A stretch of 13,237 nt of DNA. Source: a virus. Within the stretch, counting starts at the first letter, position 1. The number at the start of each line of letters is the position of its first letter. The notes under the pieces were generated by a model. The model was not told the origin of the DNA and did not search any database. It saw nothing but the letters and a program-made list of their open reading frames with translations. Positions 8,628-13,237 of the stretch are shown here, piece after piece. Made by a program: the position numbers and the translations under genes. Where the stretch lies: IMG/VR virus record IMGVR_UViG_3300013383_000248; one strand, 5' to 3'.

Positions 8628-10304
8628 TTAATATGTAAAAGCTGCGGCGCCACCACAATTAAGTAGGACATCCTCAGTCTATACAAGTTTATTAACATTT
8701 AAGCTCTTAACCTCAAGAGCATTATTGGTATCAAGACCAATTTCAGCAGAGGTTTTAACAATACCAGCAACTTCACCAGTAGCAAATGGTAATTCAACTA
8801 CTTTATTAGTAATTGCTAAGTTTTCAGTCTAACCGGCTAACTTAATAGCTTCAATTATATTGACTTGAGCACCTTCGGCAATACCATCTAATTTGGTTTC
8901 GTCAGCAGCACTTAATAAGCCAGGAGCTGTATCACGCTTACCAGTAATCCAATCAGCAAGGCCAGTTACTTTTTCAGCAGCAACATTAGCTGAAATTTCT
9001 ACTGAGCCGTCCTCATTGATAACTAAGTTATCTAATTTAGCCTTATTGGTTGGGCTTAAGAGCGTCCAAGCTACTTGCTCGCCATTGACTTCGCTGGTAA
9101 CTTTATCAACTTTACCATCAACTTTAGTAGTTAATGCAGCAATATCATTAGTATTTTTAGTAACTTTACCAGTTAATTCAGTAACTGTAGAAGCATCAGC
9201 TTTTCCAGCAACAGTTTGAGTAAGAGTAGCTAAATCTGCTGTATGACCTTCAACAGTTGTAGTAAGAGCTGTTAAATCAGCTTGATTGGCTTTACCATTG
9301 ACAGCTTCAGTAAGAGCTGTAATATCTCCAGTATTTTTATCAACCTTGCCAGAGAGAGTTTCAACAACAGTAGCATCAGCTTTCTTACCAATTGCTGTAG
9401 TATTAGCAGCAATCTTAGTAGCAAGATCATCAGTTACTGTAGTTTTAGCATAACTCTCAAGAGTAGTATTAACATCAGCAGTTTTAGCATAATCAGTTAA
9501 ATCAACAGATGTATCACCTATTAATTCAATAGTATAGCTATCTTCTGCACCAAAGCGCATATACTCTTTATAGTTGTCTTTACCATCTTTAGAAGAAACC
9601 TTCTGCATATAAATAACATTATCAGATGCTGTAGATGGGTCAGCGATAAATGCAGCAAGTTCTTGCTCAGTGACAATCTGACGAGTTAAATGGCTAGCTC
9701 CGGCGACTGCGGCGTCAATAGCTAAATCAGCCTCATCCTTAGTATAAACATCTGCGGAATTTGCCTTTTTAGCAACTTCATCTGTTACAGTAGTAATTTT
9801 ACCATCAATATCATCTTTGGTATATACATCTTCGCTGTTGGCTTTTTTAGCAACTTCAGTTTGAAGATTTCCAACATTGGCTTCAAGAGTGGCAACCTTA
9901 GTGCTAAGCCCTTCAACAGTAGTAGTGTCAGGCTTTACCCAAGATAGCTTACCATCAGTGCCAACCGTTAATTGCGCACCAGCAGCTGCATCAGCAAATC
10001 CATAAAGACTTAATTTGCCATCAGCATCTTTAGTGAAAACATTTTCATTAATGACAATTTCTTCGCCAACCCCAGAAAGAGTTTTATCTGGCTGAATCTG
10101 ATAAATTTTTGCCTTACCATTTTCAACTACGACTACTGGATTACCATAGTAATATGCCGTATTAGTACTACCAGCAGGTTCGGCAGTAGCAGCAGCAGCA
10201 ACTGCGGCATCGTAGCTTTCAAAATAACTCTTAGGGTCAAGAGGGAACGCCGTTTGTCTATTAAGGCCAACAGCAAAATCAAGAACACCAAAATTCATAG
10301 ACAT
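8628..10304 (-). CDS. Fibre protein Z, 558 aa, with periodic Thr/Leu/Ala/Lys repeats typical of phage fibre shafts. Its N-terminus differs from the A/X/Y/W/G family.
   Basis: ATG at 10302-10304 with SD AGGAGGGGAAATAATT. Track ORF 8829..10304 continues through TAG codons at 8829 and 8679 to TAA at 8628-8630. The C-terminus reads ...NCGGAAAFTY. Confidence 0.75.
9075..9410 (-). repeat. Periodic fibre-shaft repeats in gene Z, about 11-residue units rich in T/L/A/K/V (...ITALTEAVNGKANQADLTALTTTVEGHTADLATLTQTVAGKADASTVTELTGKVTKNTNDIAALTTKVDGKVDK...)
   Basis: Seen in translation. It appears at nucleotide level as recurring ttaccag / ttagc(a/t)gcaat motifs. A second short pair EVAKKANS-DVYTKD lies at about 9763-9783 and 9841-9861. 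Confidence 0.5.
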
Positions 10305-10322
10305 AATTATTTCCCCTCCTTA

Positions 10323-11567
10323 TTAAATTTTTACAATATAACTATTTGCAGCTTCTATAGGAGCAGCAAATTCAGTTGTAAAGACTTTATAACTAATGCC
10401 AGCATCATTTTCAGCGCCAGCTACAGTAATAGTTTCTTTCCTAAATGCAGAAACAATTTCAGCATTTAAGCCATTGACATCTTTTACGGAAGTAATATCA
10501 CGTAAAGTAGCAGGATAAGCAAATACTACTCTGATTGCACCGACAGGAAGAGCAATAGTAACAGAATCGCCAGCTTTTAATGCCTTACCTGTTTTATTAA
10601 GAGCACGAATTGTAGGACTATCAAGACTATCTTTATTAGCAGTAGTGCCATAGAAAGTATTACGATAGCAGCTAATTGTGCCACTTGTCTTACTTACCTT
10701 ACCAGCCTTAATTTGACCGGCGGCATAAGCATTACCTTTATTAGTGACAGGAACTGCTGCGTCGTCATAACTGGCTTCAGCATTAATTGTATAACTATCG
10801 CTATCAGCAAGGACAATAGCTGTAAAGGTATCCTTAGCAGTTGTTTTATTCTGAACTGAAGTATTACCTTTTCTTAAATTTACATTCCAACTCTTGGCGG
10901 TTAAACCAGTAGCAGGGCCATAAGAATAAGAACCAGCACTCATTTTTGCATCATAACTTGGAGTGACAGATGTACCAACTTCAAAACTACCTGTAGTAAC
11001 TTGAGTAAAAGAAACTGCGGGTTGAGTAACAGTAGGATTTTGTTCCTTAACAAAAATCTATTCCCAAGTATCAGTTAAATTCTTGCCAGTAGAAGGAATA
11101 TGAGCAGAGCCATTTTCAAGGGTAATATAACCAATTTCCTTAGTAGTGAATAAGTCCTTATCAAAGTAAACATTATTCGCATTGTAATTGCCATTCATAG
11201 CTTGCCATTTGGAATCATTGTAAACATATGCGGTATAGGTTATTGCTTCACCGATTGCGGATTTAACAATAGCCATATCGCCTTCAAATAGAGCATTTTC
11301 ACCGACTACACGAGTGATCGCCGCGATATCATCTTCACCTTCAGCTAAGTCTGCTTGATAGACTTGAGCTTGATGAACATCAGATTCGCCGCCAAAATAA
11401 TCAAGTTGTGCCCAAGTTTTTTGGCCGTCGCCTAATTTCATTTTGGTTTCACCGGCGTCAGTAAATTCGACACCCATTTCGCCTTTCATAAGGACTACAT
11501 CAGAATTAGCTTCCCAATTAGCTGTTGAGTCATTACGTAAAGCAATACGAGTTTTAATCTAAGCCAT
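10323..11567 (-). CDS. Tail-fibre paralog Y, 414 aa. Anchor domain plus a distinct C-terminal, putatively receptor-binding, domain.
   Basis: ATG at 11565-11567 with SD GGAGGTAACGCAT. It overlaps the end of gene X by 14 nt in a different frame. N-terminus reads MA-Q-IKTRIALRNDSTANWEANSDVVLMKGEMGVEFTDAGETKMKLGDGQKTWAQLDY. In-frame TAG codons at 11559 and 11058 join track ORFs 11058..11489 and 10323..10943. TAA at 10323-10325. Confidence 0.7.
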
Positions 11568-11928
11568 ATGCGTTACCTCCATTTATAATATCTATATCTT
11601 CAATAGGAATACCTCCGCCACCGCTACCAGCCATAAGAGACTCATAGCCATTTGTTTCAGTATTCCATTGGTATAGTTTCGCAGTAGAAGAAACTTTATA
11701 AATAACATTTGCCTTACCTATACTTGGTAATTCAGCAAATACTCTAGCATTAACAACATTCTCGTTGTTCTAGTCTTGGTACGGTAAATCATTCCAAGCG
11801 GTTTTACCATCGCCAATTTTTAAACGCAAGGTATCAATTTCAAAACCAGGTTCACCATCTAAAAGTAGGAGGTTTTTGGTTCGCCAAGTTGTTGATTTAC
11901 CACGTTTAAATTTAATTATATCAGCCAT
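11554..11928 (-). CDS. Short tail-fibre paralog X, 124 aa. It consists of the anchor domain and one YKV/LYQWN repeat, then a GSGGGG tail.
   Basis: ATG at 11926-11928 with SD AAGGAGGAAAAATAAT embedded in the 3' end of gene A. Protein begins MADIIKFKRGKSTTWRTKNLLLLDGEPGFEIDTLRLKIGDGKTAWNDLPYQD. One in-frame TAG at 11770-11772. TAA at 11554-11556. It is absent from the ORF track because the TAG splits it into pieces under 60 aa. Confidence 0.6.
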
Positions 11929-11929
11929 A

Positions 11930-13009
11930 TTATTTTTCCTCCTTCTTTACTACATAGAAGCCATTTTCTAAGACCTATGTGTATCCAGAAGCAAGATAAG
12001 CCGGATTTAACATACGATTAAAGCGTCCGCCGCTAATTTCAATATGCGGTTCACCTTCAATCTTAAAATTACTATCCTATTGTGCGGTAATAAATGTGCC
12101 GCCACTAATATAAGTATTTTGGACATTTAAATCTTCATTTAGTTTACGAATATATAAATTATATTCGCCTTGATTTTGTTTACTATTTTCAAAATAACCA
12201 TCAGTAATAGTCATTGATTTACCAGTGGCAAGAATAATATTGTAGAATGTGCCGCCATTAATATTTAAAACAGCATTGTCATCATTCTTTACGGCATATA
12301 AACCACCTGCAAATGTACCATCATTAATAGTTAATTCAGGCGATTCGGCATTTTGACCTTGGACATAACCATTTGTAGCATCACCGGCTTTATAATTATA
12401 ATAACCATTTTCAATCATGCTAGAAAATTCGCCGCCACTCATAAATATACCGCCATTAATTGTCATAGTGCCATGATTAACTATAGTGTAAAATCCATTA
12501 CCAGATACATCTATTGTGCGCTACAACTTACCATTATTAATAATCGTATTACCATTATTAAAAACTGCAGGCTTACCATTTTTATTACATTCAATAGTAC
12601 CTTGACCTTTAATAGTTAAATCGCCGCCTACTTTGATGTCTATTGGAGTTGTTTCATTATTGATAATATTATTACCATTTAATTCAACAGTTAATTTTTT
12701 ATCAATAGAAACACTATTATCAAAGTCTTTATTAAGACGAATGGTGCTTCCTGCTGGAGCCTTCATAAATGCTACGTCAATAGATTGATAAGGCACACCA
12801 TCTACGACCGCGGGATTGCTAGTGTAGTCTTGGACGTTAACGACTTTAGTGCCACCGATATAAGGTAGTTCGTTCCAAGCTGTTGAACCATCACCAACTT
12901 TAATCTAATGAGTATTAAGTTCTACGCCAATTTCACCAGCTGCAAGAATAATATTTTTTTTAGACCAACTAGATGATTTGCCGCGTCTTAATTGAATAGT
13001 TTCAGCCAT
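11930..13009 (-). CDS. Tail fibre / tailspike paralog A, 359 aa. It has the HylP-like N-terminal anchor domain followed by a beta-helix-like C-terminal region with repeated NGGTF / INNG motifs.
   Basis: ATG at 13007-13009 with SD GAAAGGAGAACACAAG upstream. N-terminus reads MAETIQLRRGKSSSWSKKNIILAAGEIGVELNTH-Q-IKVGDGSTAWNELPY. The same frame stays open through TAG codons at 12905, 12521, 12077 and 11975, joining track ORFs 12521..12796 and 12077..12466. It ends with TAA at 11930-11932. Confidence 0.75.
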
Positions 13010-13026
13010 CTTGTGTTCTCCTTTCT

Positions 13027-13140
13027 TTAATCATCATCTATAGAGCCGCCGTCCCAGCCGCCAGTTGATTTAGAAGTATCTTCTTTATCAATATCGCCGC
13101 CATCTTTGCCGCCCTTATATGAAAGAATAAACATCTTCAT
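13027..13140 (-). CDS. Small Gly/Asp-rich hypothetical protein, 37 aa (MKMFILSYKGGKDGGDIDKEDTSKSTGGWDGGSIDDD)
   Basis: ATG at 13138-13140 is preceded by the SD sequence AAAGGAGAAGG at 7 nt spacing. TAA at 13027-13029. It sits directly upstream of tail-fibre gene A. It falls below the ORF-track length cutoff, so it is my own call. Confidence 0.4.
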   Translation of the reverse strand: MKMFILSYKGGKDGGDIDKEDTSKSTGGWDGGSIDDD

Positions 13141-13162
13141 ATTGTCCTTCTCCTTTCATATT

Positions 13163-13200
13163 TAAAAATTATATTTTATTACTTTATACCTATTGGGCCG
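13163..13200 (-). promoter_or_regulatory. Tentative sigma70-like promoter upstream of the small ORF and the fibre gene cluster
   Basis: A TATAAT hexamer on the minus strand (plus 13170-13175) in an AT-rich leader about 20 nt upstream of the RBS. I could not identify a convincing -35 element. Weak. Confidence 0.15.
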
Positions 13201-13237
13201 AAAAATTCTAAACCTTAATTTTAATTTAAACTTTCGG

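Noticed and set aside
12056-12058. An apparent in-frame TGA near the end of gene A, and another near 8793 in gene Z
   Set aside because: Both were indexing slips on my part. On re-reading the blocks of 10, the codons are GAA (Glu) and the frames are open. I found no in-frame TGA in any gene, so there is no evidence for TGA recoding.
727-12619. Plus-strand ORFs in the track (727..939, 3480..3668, 4421..4627, 8340..8546, 8893..9219, 9282..9500, 10254..10469, 12353..12619)
   Set aside because: All lie antisense to well-supported minus-strand genes. None has an RBS. Their translations are low-complexity, Ser/Ile/Leu-rich and typical of the antisense frame of AT-rich coding DNA.
1-13237. CRISPR arrays, tRNA or rRNA genes, transposase or integrase genes
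   Set aside because: No regularly spaced direct repeats with spacers. No cloverleaf-like GC-rich segments in this AT-rich window. No translations resembling transposases or integrases.

Overview
The window is AT-rich (about 35% GC) and almost entirely coding on the minus strand. I read it as a bacteriophage tail-fibre / receptor-binding-protein module. The six-frame ORF track looks fragmented only because every internal ORF break on the minus strand is an in-frame TAG (34 of them). Read with TAG as a sense codon, most likely glutamine, the fragments fuse into 8 coherent genes, each with a Shine-Dalgarno site 6-9 nt upstream of its start. Every one of those genes that ends inside the window terminates with TAA. 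In order of transcription, from high to low coordinates, the genes are: (1) a 37-aa Gly/Asp-rich small ORF; (2) tail-fibre paralog A, with a beta-helix-like C-terminus; (3) paralog X, 124 aa, essentially the anchor domain alone; (4) paralog Y, 414 aa; (5) fibre protein Z, 558 aa, with periodic Thr/Ala/Lys repeats; (6) fibre protein W, 658 aa, Ala-rich with internal direct repeats and a clear intrinsic terminator after it; (7) giant gene G, more than 1800 aa, carrying the same N-terminal anchor domain, five tandem YKV/LYxWN repeats, a CotH-like kinase-fold domain and leucine-rich repeats. Gene G is interrupted at about 2939..1893 by a roughly 1.05-kb group I intron. The intron shows a P1 helix with a U-G pair, a P7 pairing GACTAT/ATAGTC, the S-element AAGATATAGTC, and a P9 hairpin capped by a GAAA tetraloop. 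It carries a GIY-YIG homing endonuclease gene (2780..2028) that itself contains five in-frame TAG codons, one in the catalytic YIG-Q-T motif. Five of the genes (A, X, Y, W, G) begin with the same HylP-like tail-fibre N-terminal domain. I saw no rRNA, tRNA or CRISPR. Plus-strand ORFs in the track are antisense artefacts.
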